From the NCBI GenBank assembly GCA_021816865.1, contig JAKAWX010000003.1, positions 34,681 to 98,680 on the forward strand: a DNA stretch of 64,000 nt. Direction: 5' to 3'. A model generated the notes under the pieces. The model did not search any database, had not been told where the DNA came from, and saw only the letters and a program-made list of their open reading frames with translations. This DNA is from Thermoplasmata archaeon (lineage in GTDB: Archaea; Thermoplasmatota; Thermoplasmata; Lutacidiplasmatales; UBA184). The position numbers and the translations under genes were made by a program. Position 1 is the stretch's first letter, and each line of letters starts with the position of its first letter. Below are positions 9,266-18,684 of the stretch, piece by piece.

Positions 9266-10162
9266 ATGACCGGAACCGAGCCCCGGCCGACGCTGCGGAG
9301 CCGCATCGCGCACGGGCCGATCGTCGTGGCGCCCGGCGCGTACGACGCCCTCTCGGCGCGCCTCGTCGAGCAGGCCGGCTTCCCGGCGGTGTACGCGAGC
9401 GGCGCCGGCGCGTCGTACAGTCTCCTCGGCGCTCCCGACATCGGGCTTCTCTCCTTGGCCGAGATGCGCGACCAGGTCGCCCGCATCGCGAACGCGGTCC
9501 GCATCCCCGTGATCGCCGACGGCGACACCGGTCACGGGAACGCGCTCAACGTCCAAAGGACCGTCCGCGAGTTCGAAGCGGCCGGAGCGGCGGCGATCCA
9601 GCTCGAGGACCAGACGTTCCCGAAACGGTGCGGCCATCTGAGCGAGAAGACCGTCGTTCCTCGCGCCGAGATGGAGGGGAAGGTCCGGGCGGCGGTGGAC
9701 GCCCGGCGCTCCTCCGAGACGCTGATCATCGCACGGACCGACGCCCTCGCGGTCGAAGGGACGGCCTCCGCGATCGCTCGGCTACGGGCGTACGCCGGCG
9801 CCGGCGCGGACCTGCTCTTCCTCGAGGCCCCGCCCGACGTCGACACCATGCGGCAGGCGTGCGCGTCCCTCGAGTGGCCGATGATGGCGAACATGGTCGA
9901 AGGGGGAAAGACCCCGCTTCTGACCACGCGGGAACTCGAGGAGATCGGCTACCGCCTTGTGATCTTCCCCGGGGCCGGGGCGAGGATCGCCGCGTACGCT
10001 CTTCGGGAGCTCTACACGACGCTCGGACGCGAAGGGTCGACCTCCTCGATGCTCGACCGGATGCTCCTCTTCGACGACCTCAACCGGGTCGTGGACCTCC
10101 CGGGGATTCGTGCCTCCGGTCGAAAGTACGAGCCCGACTCGGCCGGAGCCAAGACGCCATGA
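9266..10162 (+). CDS. Isocitrate lyase/PEP mutase superfamily C-C lyase (2,3-dimethylmalate/2-methylisocitrate lyase-like)
   Basis: PGAYDALSA, DGDTGHG, EDQTFPKRCGH, ARTDA, NMVEGGKTP. Confidence 0.92.
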   Translation: MTGTEPRPTLRSRIAHGPIVVAPGAYDALSARLVEQAGFPAVYASGAGASYSLLGAPDIGLLSLAEMRDQVARIANAVRIPVIADGDTGHGNALNVQRTVREFEAAGAAAIQLEDQTFPKRCGHLSEKTVVPRAEMEGKVRAAVDARRSSETLIIARTDALAVEGTASAIARLRAYAGAGADLLFLEAPPDVDTMRQACASLEWPMMANMVEGGKTPLLTTRELEEIGYRLVIFPGAGARIAAYALRELYTTLGREGSTSSMLDRMLLFDDLNRVVDLPGIRASGRKYEPDSAGAKTP

Positions 10163-11445
10163 GCCGACCCCAGACGCAGATCGAACGGATCCTCTCGCGC
10201 CATTCCACCGAAGCGCCCGGACGCGCCGTCGACCCCGACGATTTCGTGGAGGTCGAAGTGGACCGGCTGGTCCTGCTCGACATGGCCGCGACCCACCCCG
10301 AGTTCCTCGCCCACCTCCCTCGCCGGGTCCATCGGCCCGAGCGAGTCGCCTGGGTTTTCGACCACCTCGTCCCGGCCCCGACCGTCGAGCTCGCCTCGGG
10401 TCTCGTGAAGCTCCGGGAGCTCGCCCGGCGCTGGGGGATCTCGCACGTCTTCGACATCGGCCGGGGCGGTATCTCGCACCCGCTGGTGGCGGAGCGGGGG
10501 TGGGTGCGACCCGGCGAGATCCTCGCCAACACCGACTCCCACACCTGCGCCGCGGGGGCGCTCGGCTGCGCCGGCCGCGGGGTCGGGATGCTCGAGGTGA
10601 TGAGCATCCTCTGCACGGGCCGCACCTGGTACCGGGTCGGTGAGACGGTCCGCGCGTCCCTGAGCGGTCGACTCCCTGATGCGGTCGCGGGAAAGGACGT
10701 CTTCCTTTCGCTCGCGGGCGACCTGGGAGCGATCCCCGGCCGCAATATCGAATTCGCGGGCGACGGGATCGCGGCCCTCCCGATCCCTACGCGCCAGGCG
10801 ATCGCCACGATGTGCGCGGAGATCAGCGCCGAGTTCGCGCTCTTCCCCTGCGATGCCCGTGCCCTCGACTACGTCCGGGCGCGGGTTCCGTCCGGCGAAC
10901 CCGTCGAGTCGGTGGGCCCGGATCCCGAGGCCGCGTACGCAAAGGAGTGGACCGTCGACCTTGCCACCGTCGTGCCGCTGGTCGCCCTGCCGCACCGGGT
11001 CGCGCGGAACGTGCGGCCCGTCTCGGAGGTCGAAGGCGTGCCGATCACCCGGGCCGTCGTCGGGTCGTGCGCGAACGGGACGATCGAAGACCTCGAGGAG
11101 GTCGCCCGGGTGCTGCACGGACGGGCGGTGCATCCCGATGTCGTCTTCACGGTCACGCCCAACACGGCGGAGGTCTTCGCGGAGGCCGCGCGCCGCGGAC
11201 TGGTCGACCGGATCCTGGCGGCCGGCGCGCTCGTCACGAGCCCCACCTGCGGGGCCTGCTTCGGGGGCCACATGGGAGTGCTGGGAGACGGAGAGGTGTG
11301 CGTCACGAGCACGACCCGGAACTTTCAGGGCCGGATGGGCTCCCCGAACGCGAAGATCTACCTCGCGTCGAGCGCGACCGTGGCGGCGAGTGCGGTGGCG
11401 GGGCATCTCGCCGACCCCCGGGGCATCGCCCGAGGCCCCTCGTGA
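10159..11445 (+). CDS. LeuC/HacA/DmdA-like aconitase-family hydratase large subunit
   Basis: FDH, GISH, DSHT, GSCANG, CGACFGGH, RNFQGRMG, YLAS; ATGA overlap. Confidence 0.92.
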   Translation: MSRPQTQIERILSRHSTEAPGRAVDPDDFVEVEVDRLVLLDMAATHPEFLAHLPRRVHRPERVAWVFDHLVPAPTVELASGLVKLRELARRWGISHVFDIGRGGISHPLVAERGWVRPGEILANTDSHTCAAGALGCAGRGVGMLEVMSILCTGRTWYRVGETVRASLSGRLPDAVAGKDVFLSLAGDLGAIPGRNIEFAGDGIAALPIPTRQAIATMCAEISAEFALFPCDARALDYVRARVPSGEPVESVGPDPEAAYAKEWTVDLATVVPLVALPHRVARNVRPVSEVEGVPITRAVVGSCANGTIEDLEEVARVLHGRAVHPDVVFTVTPNTAEVFAEAARRGLVDRILAAGALVTSPTCGACFGGHMGVLGDGEVCVTSTTRNFQGRMGSPNAKIYLASSATVAASAVAGHLADPRGIARGPS

Positions 11446-11927
11446 AGCTGGTCGGCCGGGCCTGGGTCTTCGAGGACGACATCAACACCGACCTGCTCTA
11501 CCCCGCCGCCTGCTTCCGTCTACCCGCCGCAGACCGGCCCGCGCTCACGATGAGCGCGAACCGCCCGGGGTGGTCGGGCCAGGTGCGGCCCGGTGACCTG
11601 CTCGTCGCGGGCGCGAACTTCGGCACCGGCTCCTCGCGTCCGGCGGCGGACAACCTGAAGGCGCTCGGGATCGCCGGCGTTGTCGCGGAATCGATCAACG
11701 GTCTGTTCTTCCGGACCGCGATCAACACGGGACTTCCCGCGCTGGAGGCCCCGGGCGTGCGGGCGTTCGTGCGAGAGGGCGCGGTCGTCGAGGTCGACCT
11801 CGACGCGGGGACGATCCGCGCGGACGGACGCGAACTGACGGTCAAGCCGCTCCCCGGCTTCCTCGCGCGGATCCTCGCGGACGGGGGGCTCATTCCCCGA
11901 CTTCGCAAGGAAGGGTATATCGACTAG
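11442..11927 (+). CDS. LeuD/HacB/DmdB-like small subunit
   Basis: GRAWVF.DDINTD, NFGTGSSR, AINTGLP; GTGA overlap. Confidence 0.92.
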   Translation: MKLVGRAWVFEDDINTDLLYPAACFRLPAADRPALTMSANRPGWSGQVRPGDLLVAGANFGTGSSRPAADNLKALGIAGVVAESINGLFFRTAINTGLPALEAPGVRAFVREGAVVEVDLDAGTIRADGRELTVKPLPGFLARILADGGLIPRLRKEGYID

Positions 11928-11956
11928 CGGCGCTCCGCCCCCTCCGAGGCACGCGA

Positions 11957-12646
11957 ATGCATCCATGGGACGCGACGCTGGGAGAGCTCGATCGGCAGGT
12001 CATCCGCGCCGCCGGCTACGGCAAGGAGCGCCCGTTGGGGAACTCCCCGGTGCTGCTGGTCATCGACGCGCAGTACAACTACGTCGGCGAGGACCTCCCG
12101 ATCCTGGAGTCGATCCAGAAGTTTCCGACGAGCGTCGGCCGCTCGGCGTACGAGGCGCTGCCCAAGGTGCTCGCGCTCGTCCGCGCCTTCCGGGAGAAGA
12201 AACGGCCCGTCCTCTTCACGACCGTCGCGCCGAAGGAGGCCCTGCTCCCCTTCTCGATCAGCGGCCGCGTCCACGCCGACCGCCGGTCGGAGACGCTCGT
12301 GGCGGGTCACAAGGGCACCGAGATCGTCGAAGCGCTGCGGCCGGAGCCGGGGGAGCTCGTCCTCGACAAGGCGTTCGCGAGCGCCTTCCTCGGGACCCCG
12401 CTCGCGACGATCCTCACGCTCCAACGCGCCGATACCGTGGTCGTCTGCGGAGGGACCACGAGCGGATGCGTCCGCGGAACGGCCGTCGACGCGGCGGGGC
12501 TCGGCTACAGCGTCGTCGTCGCCGAAGATGCGGTCTTCGACCGGATCCAACTCTCCCACGCCGCGAACCTCCTCGACCTCTGGATGAAGTACGCGAACGT
12601 GTTCCGGGCCCAGCGGGTCGTCGACTGGGTGCGCTCGCTCCCATGA
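11957..12646 (+). CDS. Isochorismatase-family amidase (maleamate amidohydrolase/N-carbamoylsarcosine amidase-like)
   Basis: IDAQ, KAFASAF.GT, GGTTSGCVRGTAVDA, FDR..SHAANLLDL..KYA. Confidence 0.88.
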   Translation: MHPWDATLGELDRQVIRAAGYGKERPLGNSPVLLVIDAQYNYVGEDLPILESIQKFPTSVGRSAYEALPKVLALVRAFREKKRPVLFTTVAPKEALLPFSISGRVHADRRSETLVAGHKGTEIVEALRPEPGELVLDKAFASAFLGTPLATILTLQRADTVVVCGGTTSGCVRGTAVDAAGLGYSVVVAEDAVFDRIQLSHAANLLDLWMKYANVFRAQRVVDWVRSLP

Positions 12647-14028
12647 GCGAGCTCGTCCTACGCAACGCCCGCCTCGTCTTCCCCCATGCGGGGGTCGTGG
12701 AGGGCGAGGTCGGGGTCTCCGGCGGCCGTATCGACGCGGTGGGGAAGGACCTCGGTCGCGGCGACCGCGAGGTCGACGTGCACGGCGCCTTCGTGGGCCC
12801 GGGGATCGTCGATCCCCACACGCACGTCGGGATCTACCGGCCCGCCGAGGAGGATGCCCGGACCGAGTCGGAGTGTGCCGTGCGGGGCGGCGTCACGACG
12901 ATGGTCACGTACTGGCGCGTCGGCGAGCCCTACACCGACGGCCTCGTGGAGTACGGCCGCGCGTTTCCGGCGTTCCGCGCCCGGCTCGAGGGACGGATGC
13001 ACGCCGACTACGCCGTCAACCTCGGGATGCTGACCCGCGCGCACCTCGCCGAGGTCCCCGACCTCGTACGGAACGAGGGCGTCACGACCCTCAAGTACTT
13101 CGCCCACTACGAGGGACGGGCCGATATCGGGCGTGACCTCGATTCCGGGTACTTCTACTCGCTCGCCGAAGCGGTCGCGCGCCTTCGGCGCGACGTTCCT
13201 GCCGTGCGGCTGAGCGTCCACAGCGAGGACCCGTACATCGTACGGGAGGCGACCGACCGGGAGAAGCAGCACGGCGGGAACGACCTCGAGGCGTATCGCC
13301 GCTCGCGCCCCGAGGTCGCGGAAGCGGTGGCGGTCGCCCGGCTGGGGGAGACCGCCCTCGCGACCGGGGCACCCGTCTATCTTCCTCACGTGAGCTCCGC
13401 GCTCGGATACTCCCGGGCGGCCGAATACGTCGCCCGGGGCGCCGACCTCACGATCGAGACCAGCCTCCACTACCTTACCCTCACGAGCGACGGCCCGGCG
13501 GGCCTCCTCGCGAAAGTCAACCCTGCCGTGCGGCGAACCGAGGATGTCGAGTCCCTGTGGGCAGCGGTCGCTCGCGGCGGGCTCCGCTGCATCGGCAGCG
13601 ACCACGCCTCCAACCTGCGCGCGGAGAAGTCGGAGCTCTGGAGCGCGAAGCCGGCGTTCGCCGGCACGGGCCTCCTCCTTCCGCTCCTCTTCGAGGAAGG
13701 GGTAGTCCGTCGCCGGGTCCTCTCCCCCGAGTCCCTGTGGGGGATCCTCGCCGAGAACAACGCGAAGGCGCACGGGCTCTTCCCGCGGAAGGGAGCGCTC
13801 GTGCCGGGCGCGGACGCCGACCTTGTCGTCGTCGAGAAGCTCGCGACCCCCCGGCGCGTGACCGCGGAGTACGTGCACTCGGCGGCCGACTACTCCCCGT
13901 ATGAGGGCCGGGAGCTCCGCTACGCGCCCACCCGGACGTTCGTGCGCGGGGAGCTCGTCGCGGACGAGTCGGGCGTGCGTTCGCCGGGAACGGGCGCCTA
14001 CCTGCGCCGTCCCCTCGGGCCCGGTTGA
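12643..14028 (+). CDS. Cyclic amidohydrolase (hydantoinase/allantoinase/dihydroorotase family)
   Basis: DPHTH, GGVTT, LKYF, HSED, HVSS, KVNP, SDHA, KGAL.PGADAD. Confidence 0.92.
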   Translation: MSELVLRNARLVFPHAGVVEGEVGVSGGRIDAVGKDLGRGDREVDVHGAFVGPGIVDPHTHVGIYRPAEEDARTESECAVRGGVTTMVTYWRVGEPYTDGLVEYGRAFPAFRARLEGRMHADYAVNLGMLTRAHLAEVPDLVRNEGVTTLKYFAHYEGRADIGRDLDSGYFYSLAEAVARLRRDVPAVRLSVHSEDPYIVREATDREKQHGGNDLEAYRRSRPEVAEAVAVARLGETALATGAPVYLPHVSSALGYSRAAEYVARGADLTIETSLHYLTLTSDGPAGLLAKVNPAVRRTEDVESLWAAVARGGLRCIGSDHASNLRAEKSELWSAKPAFAGTGLLLPLLFEEGVVRRRVLSPESLWGILAENNAKAHGLFPRKGALVPGADADLVVVEKLATPRRVTAEYVHSAADYSPYEGRELRYAPTRTFVRGELVADESGVRSPGTGAYLRRPLGPG

Positions 14029-14044
14029 ACCGGCCCGTCGCCGC

Positions 14045-15424
14045 CTACGCCGCCCGCGCGCGAACGAACTCGCCGCGCGCCGGGAGGTCGGGGACGCTGC
14101 CGGGAAACGTCCCCTCCGCGACCGTCACGCCGCGGCTGACCGTGCGCACGGGGACTCCCGTGAGCGACCAGCCCTCGAACATGGTGAACTCGCTGTGGTG
14201 GTGGAGCCCCTCGTTGCGGATCTTCGTCGTCGCCTTCGGGTCGACGAGAACGAAGTCCGCGTCCGAGCCCGGCAGCAGGACCCCCTTGCGAGGATAGTAG
14301 CCGAAGCGTCGCGCCGGTCCTTCGGCGAGGAGGTAGAGGAGCCGGTCCCAGTCGAGACGGCCGGCGAACGCCTCTCCGAGCATCACCGGGTACATCGTCT
14401 CGCTGCCCGGAAAGCCCGGCGGGATCGCGAAGATGTCCTCCGCGCCCGGCGCTTTCTCCGAGCTCGGCGCGGCGTGGTCGGAGGCGAGGAAGTCGACCGT
14501 CCCGTCGCGCACCCCGGCCCACATCGCCTCGACCTCGGCGCGGCTCCTGAGCGGAGGGTTGACCTTCGCGTACGGTCCGCGGTCGCGGTAGGCCGACGTG
14601 TCGAAGAAGAGGTAGTGCGGGCATGTCTCGACCGAGAGGTCGGCGCCGGCAGCCCGGGCCGCGCGCACGGTGGGGAGGGTGAATCCGCTCGACAGGTGTA
14701 CGATGTGCACCGCGGACCCCGCCGCGCGTCCGATCCGCGCCACGCGGGCGACCGCATCGTCCTCGGCGAGGGTGGGCCGGGAGTCGGTGTACACCTCGGG
14801 CGTCGTCCGTCCGGTCTCCCGGAGGCGGCGGGTCGCCTCCGCCACGATCGACGGGTTCTCGGCGTGGACCTCGAGCGGAGCGCCGGTGCCGGCGAGTCGT
14901 TCGGCGACCGCCAGCAGGGTCGCGTCGTCGCACGCGGTGTACTCCCCGACGGGGTTCCAGCCCATGTAGACCTTCACGCCCGCCACGCCGGCCCGCACGA
15001 GCTCGGGGATCTCGGCGAGGTTGCCGGCGCAACCGCCCGCGTGAACTCCGAAGTCGACGAGCGCGTTCGCCCGACCGAGGGCGACCTTCGCCTCGAGCGA
15101 CGCGAGCGTGAGCGTCGGCGGGCAGTGCGGGGGTGTCGAGGCGGCCTGCTCGACGAAGGTCGTGACCCCGCCCGAAGCGCAGAGCCGGCTGCCCGTTCCG
15201 ATGTCGGTGCGCTCCGGCCGGCCGTAGGTGAAGTGCGTGTGCGTGTCCACGGCCCCGGGCAGCAAAAGCTGGCCGTGGGCGTCGATCGTCCGGTCCGCGT
15301 TCGGGAGGTGGACGTCCTTCGCGATCCGCACGATGCGGCCGCGCTCGACGGCGAGTCCCGCCGCGACCCATTCGCCCCGCCAGCGAAGTCGCGCCGACCG
15401 GACGATGAGGTCGACCGGGCTCAC
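14045..15424 (-). CDS. Allantoinase/dihydroorotase-like cyclic amidohydrolase
   Basis: DTHTH, GGVTT, VKVY, HAEN, HLSS, ETCPHYL, KVNPPLR, SDHA; GTG start overlaps upstream TGA. Confidence 0.92.
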   Translation of the reverse strand: MSPVDLIVRSARLRWRGEWVAAGLAVERGRIVRIAKDVHLPNADRTIDAHGQLLLPGAVDTHTHFTYGRPERTDIGTGSRLCASGGVTTFVEQAASTPPHCPPTLTLASLEAKVALGRANALVDFGVHAGGCAGNLAEIPELVRAGVAGVKVYMGWNPVGEYTACDDATLLAVAERLAGTGAPLEVHAENPSIVAEATRRLRETGRTTPEVYTDSRPTLAEDDAVARVARIGRAAGSAVHIVHLSSGFTLPTVRAARAAGADLSVETCPHYLFFDTSAYRDRGPYAKVNPPLRSRAEVEAMWAGVRDGTVDFLASDHAAPSSEKAPGAEDIFAIPPGFPGSETMYPVMLGEAFAGRLDWDRLLYLLAEGPARRFGYYPRKGVLLPGSDADFVLVDPKATTKIRNEGLHHHSEFTMFEGWSLTGVPVRTVSRGVTVAEGTFPGSVPDLPARGEFVRARAA

Positions 15425-16260
15425 GCCGGGCCGCCCCCCAAGCGAGCGACGACCGTCCCTCCGGGGTTCGTCCAGCCCGAGCGGAAGTAGAACGCGGACT
15501 CGATGCGACGCGGGGCGAGGGGGAGGAGTTCCTCGTTCTCCGCCGGGTAGAGCTCGAGCTCGCCGGTCCCGCGCCACACGTCGGTGACGACGCGGCCGGT
15601 CGTTTGCACGCGGACCAGCTCGTGGAGCGAGGGCGGTTGGCGCGGGTCCACGCTCGGGAAGTAGCGGACCCCGAAGTAGGTGCCGAGGGAAGGCAGGTCC
15701 TCCGGCCGAGCGGGTTCCTCGAGGGTCACCCCGGCGAAGAGGATCCGCTCGCCGTGCCGGGAGAGCACGCCCCCGAGCCGTGCGCCGGCGACGGCCGGTT
15801 TGAGGGTGGGGTGCAGCGGGTGGAGGCGAGTCATCCGCACCTGGGCCACCTTCTTCGGCCACCCGTTGAACCACCCGCGCATCATCGACCAATCGTGGTC
15901 GGTCCAGATGAACGGGAGGTAGACGCCCGACTCGCCCCGATACTGGCAGGGGACCGTCACGATCGCCTCCCCGTACTGGGTCGCCTCGGGCTGGCGGTAG
16001 GCGAGGTCGGCATCGCGGTCACCGACCGAGATCACCTCGGTGACCCGGACGGTGACCCGGTCGGGCTCGGGACCCGGTTCGAGCGGGGCCGGCAGGACCC
16101 GGCGAACGGCCTCCGGGTCCGCCCGGTACACCAACTGGATCACGTCGGACGCAAAGTGCCAGGGCGGATGGTCGACGAGGGAGCTCTTTCCTTCGGGACC
16201 GAACGGGGGAGTATACCCGGCACCGCCCGACGGGATCAACGGCCGCGGAAGCTCGGTCAT
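15421..16260 (-). CDS. Acetoacetate decarboxylase-like family protein (MppR/Sbi00515-type)
   Basis: GKSSLVDHPPWHF, QYGEA, PFIWTD, RGWFNGWPKK with the Schiff-base Lys. Confidence 0.85.
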   Translation of the reverse strand: MTELPRPLIPSGGAGYTPPFGPEGKSSLVDHPPWHFASDVIQLVYRADPEAVRRVLPAPLEPGPEPDRVTVRVTEVISVGDRDADLAYRQPEATQYGEAIVTVPCQYRGESGVYLPFIWTDHDWSMMRGWFNGWPKKVAQVRMTRLHPLHPTLKPAVAGARLGGVLSRHGERILFAGVTLEEPARPEDLPSLGTYFGVRYFPSVDPRQPPSLHELVRVQTTGRVVTDVWRGTGELELYPAENEELLPLAPRRIESAFYFRSGWTNPGGTVVARLGGGPA

Positions 16261-16274
16261 CGCACGGCCCCCCG

Positions 16275-17021
16275 TCAGGCGGAAGCGCTCGCCGCCGTCT
16301 CGGCTCGGCCGAGGTACGCTTCGAGTACCGCCGGATCCTGGCTCGCCGCCCGAACGTCGCCGCTGAACAGGAGCTGGCCGTGGTGGAGGACCAGGACCCG
16401 ATCGATCAGCTGGAAGAGCGACTCCACGACGTGCTCGGTGACGAGTAACGTGACCCCGCGAGCGTGGATCCGCCGGATGATCTCGACGATCTCGGCGAGC
16501 TCGGCCGGGTTGAGCCCGGCCATCACCTCGTCGAGGAGGAGGAGCTGCGGGGACGCGGCCAGCGCTCGGGCGACCTCGAGCCTCTTTCGCCCCGCGAGCG
16601 TGAGCTCGGTCGACCGTGCCGAGCGGCGGTCCGCGAGGCTCGTCATTTCGAGGACTTCGTCGACCGTCAGCGCGGCGGGGTCGCCCTTTCGGCGACGGCC
16701 CGCGCCGAAGAGCGCGCCGACCCGTACGTTCTGCTCGACCGTCAGGTCGGGGAACGCTTGGGCGAGCTGGAAAGTCTGGACCAGCCCGTGATGGCAGCGA
16801 CGGTGGGGCGCCCACCGAGTGACGTTCGTGCCCTTGAAGACGATCCGGCCGCTGGTCGGGGCGAGCATGCCCGACAGGAGGGCGAACAAGGTGCTCTTGC
16901 CGGCGCCGTTCGGTCCGATCAGCCCCAGGATCTCTCCTTCCGCGATCTCGAAGGTGATGTTCGAGACCGCGGTCACCCCCGCGAACCGCTTCGTGAGGGC
17001 TTCGCCCGCGAGTAAAGCCAC
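16275..17021 (-). CDS. livG: LivG-type ABC ATPase
   Basis: LTKRFAGVTAV, GPNGAGKST, TFQ, KRLEVARALA, LDEVMAGLN, AYLG; TTTAAG about 26 bp upstream of GTG. Confidence 0.9.
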   Translation of the reverse strand: MALLAGEALTKRFAGVTAVSNITFEIAEGEILGLIGPNGAGKSTLFALLSGMLAPTSGRIVFKGTNVTRWAPHRRCHHGLVQTFQLAQAFPDLTVEQNVRVGALFGAGRRRKGDPAALTVDEVLEMTSLADRRSARSTELTLAGRKRLEVARALAASPQLLLLDEVMAGLNPAELAEIVEIIRRIHARGVTLLVTEHVVESLFQLIDRVLVLHHGQLLFSGDVRAASQDPAVLEAYLGRAETAASASA

Positions 17022-17337
17022 GGCGGCGGCCGAACACGATGCGTCCCTTAAAGGCTCCGGGACTTCGAGCTCCTGCGAGGGGGCCGGTCCCCCGCAACGA
17101 GACCGCACTCGACCGTGTCCGCACGACCGAGTCGCGCTGCTCGCGGGAACGGACGCGGATCTCCCGCGAGCGGGTGCGGTCGTGCGGGAGCGGGTCGTTC
17201 CGAGGCCCGCGGCCTCCGCCGGCGGTCAGGAGGATTGTCGGTCGACGACGGGTCTCTGCGGTCTCGTCCCGTTCCCTCGCCCGAGTGGAACGTTCGGGAA
17301 AAGAGCGGGTCGCCGTGCCCCTACGGCCGTACGGCGG

Positions 17338-18675
17338 TCACGCGAGCTCGGCGAACAACTGGTGCGGGTCTTCGAGATAGGCTTTGACCGTCGCGAGGAA
17401 CTGGGCCCCATCGATCCCGTCGACCACGCGGTGATCGAGCGAGACCGAGAGGTTCATGATGTCGGCCGGGCCGATCGTCCCGTCCGCCCGGTACACGGGC
17501 CGTCGCTGGATCTTGTGGACCCCGAGAATGCCGACCTCGGGGTAATTGAGGATCGGCGTCGCGAGCAGCCCGCCGAGCGCCCCGAGGCTCGTGACGGTGA
17601 AGGTGCTGCCCGTGAGCTCGGCGCGGCCGAGCTTCCCCGCCTTCCCCCGCTCGGCGAGCTCCTGGATCTCTCGGGCGAGCTGCGAGACGCTCTTCTGTTC
17701 GGCGTTCCGGACGACGGGCACGATCAGTCCTTCGGGGGCCGCGGCCGCGATCCCGATGTGGTACGCCGAACGGACGACGAGCTCTTCGTGCGCATCGTCC
17801 ATCGTCGCGTTGAGCCGGGGGTGGGCCTTGAGCCCAGCGACGACCGCCTTCACGATGAACGGCAGGAAGCTGAGGCGGGTACCCTGCTTTTCCACGTGCT
17901 TGGCCATCCGGTCCCGAAGCCGCACGAGCTCGGAGACGTCGACCTCCTCGACGTAAGTGAAGTGCGCGGCCCGGTGCGTCGATTCCGTCATGTGATCGAA
18001 GATGACCCGACGGATCCCCCGGATCGGGATCCGTTCGCGGACCTCGGCCGCGGGGAAGAAAGGGCCTCCGGAAGCCGTGGGGGCCGCCGTACCGGTCGTG
18101 CGGGGCGTCGGGACGGGGGCCCCCGGGGTCGGCGCGGCGGAGCTCAGGGGCGCCGACGGGGCCGTCTTCTCCGCCGGGGCGTCGGCCAGGTCGGCTTCCG
18201 TTATCCGGCCGGCCGGCCCGCTCCCCTTCACGGTCGATAGGTCGATCCCGCGCTCCGCGGCGAGCCGCCGCACGTAGGGCGACGCGAGGAGGCGAGCGGG
18301 ACCTGAGCTTCCGCCGGGCAACGCCCGAGCCCCGGCGCCTTCCCCCGGCGGGGACGTTGACGAGGGGCGCGGCACCGCCGCGGGCGGAGCCGAAGTCCCG
18401 CCGCTCGGAATAGGAGCCCCCGGGCCGGGCGGACCGCCCGGGGTATCGATCGTGACGAGGAGACCACCGACCTTCACCTTGTCACCGACCTTCGCGTGCA
18501 GGGTCGCGATCCGACCCGACTTCGGCGACGGGATCTCGACGTTCGCCTTGTCGGTGAGGACGCTCACGAGAGGCTCGTCCTCGCGGATCGCATCGCCTTC
18601 CTTAACGAACCACTGGACGACCTCGCCCTCCGCGACCCCTTCGCCGATATCGGGAAGGCGGAACTCGAACGCCAT
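17338..18675 (-). CDS. pdhC: 2-oxoacid dehydrogenase E2 (dihydrolipoamide acyltransferase)
   Basis: Lipoyl domain LPDIGEG..TDKA, E3-binding ASPYVRRLA..GSGPAGRI, catalytic DHRVVDG. Confidence 0.95.
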   Translation of the reverse strand: MAFEFRLPDIGEGVAEGEVVQWFVKEGDAIREDEPLVSVLTDKANVEIPSPKSGRIATLHAKVGDKVKVGGLLVTIDTPGGPPGPGAPIPSGGTSAPPAAVPRPSSTSPPGEGAGARALPGGSSGPARLLASPYVRRLAAERGIDLSTVKGSGPAGRITEADLADAPAEKTAPSAPLSSAAPTPGAPVPTPRTTGTAAPTASGGPFFPAAEVRERIPIRGIRRVIFDHMTESTHRAAHFTYVEEVDVSELVRLRDRMAKHVEKQGTRLSFLPFIVKAVVAGLKAHPRLNATMDDAHEELVVRSAYHIGIAAAAPEGLIVPVVRNAEQKSVSQLAREIQELAERGKAGKLGRAELTGSTFTVTSLGALGGLLATPILNYPEVGILGVHKIQRRPVYRADGTIGPADIMNLSVSLDHRVVDGIDGAQFLATVKAYLEDPHQLFAELA

Positions 18676-18684
18676 CGTCCCCTC

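Noticed and set aside
10159..11927. Leucine biosynthesis leuCD
   Set aside because: No leuA/leuB nearby; embedded among catabolic hydrolases and a lyase
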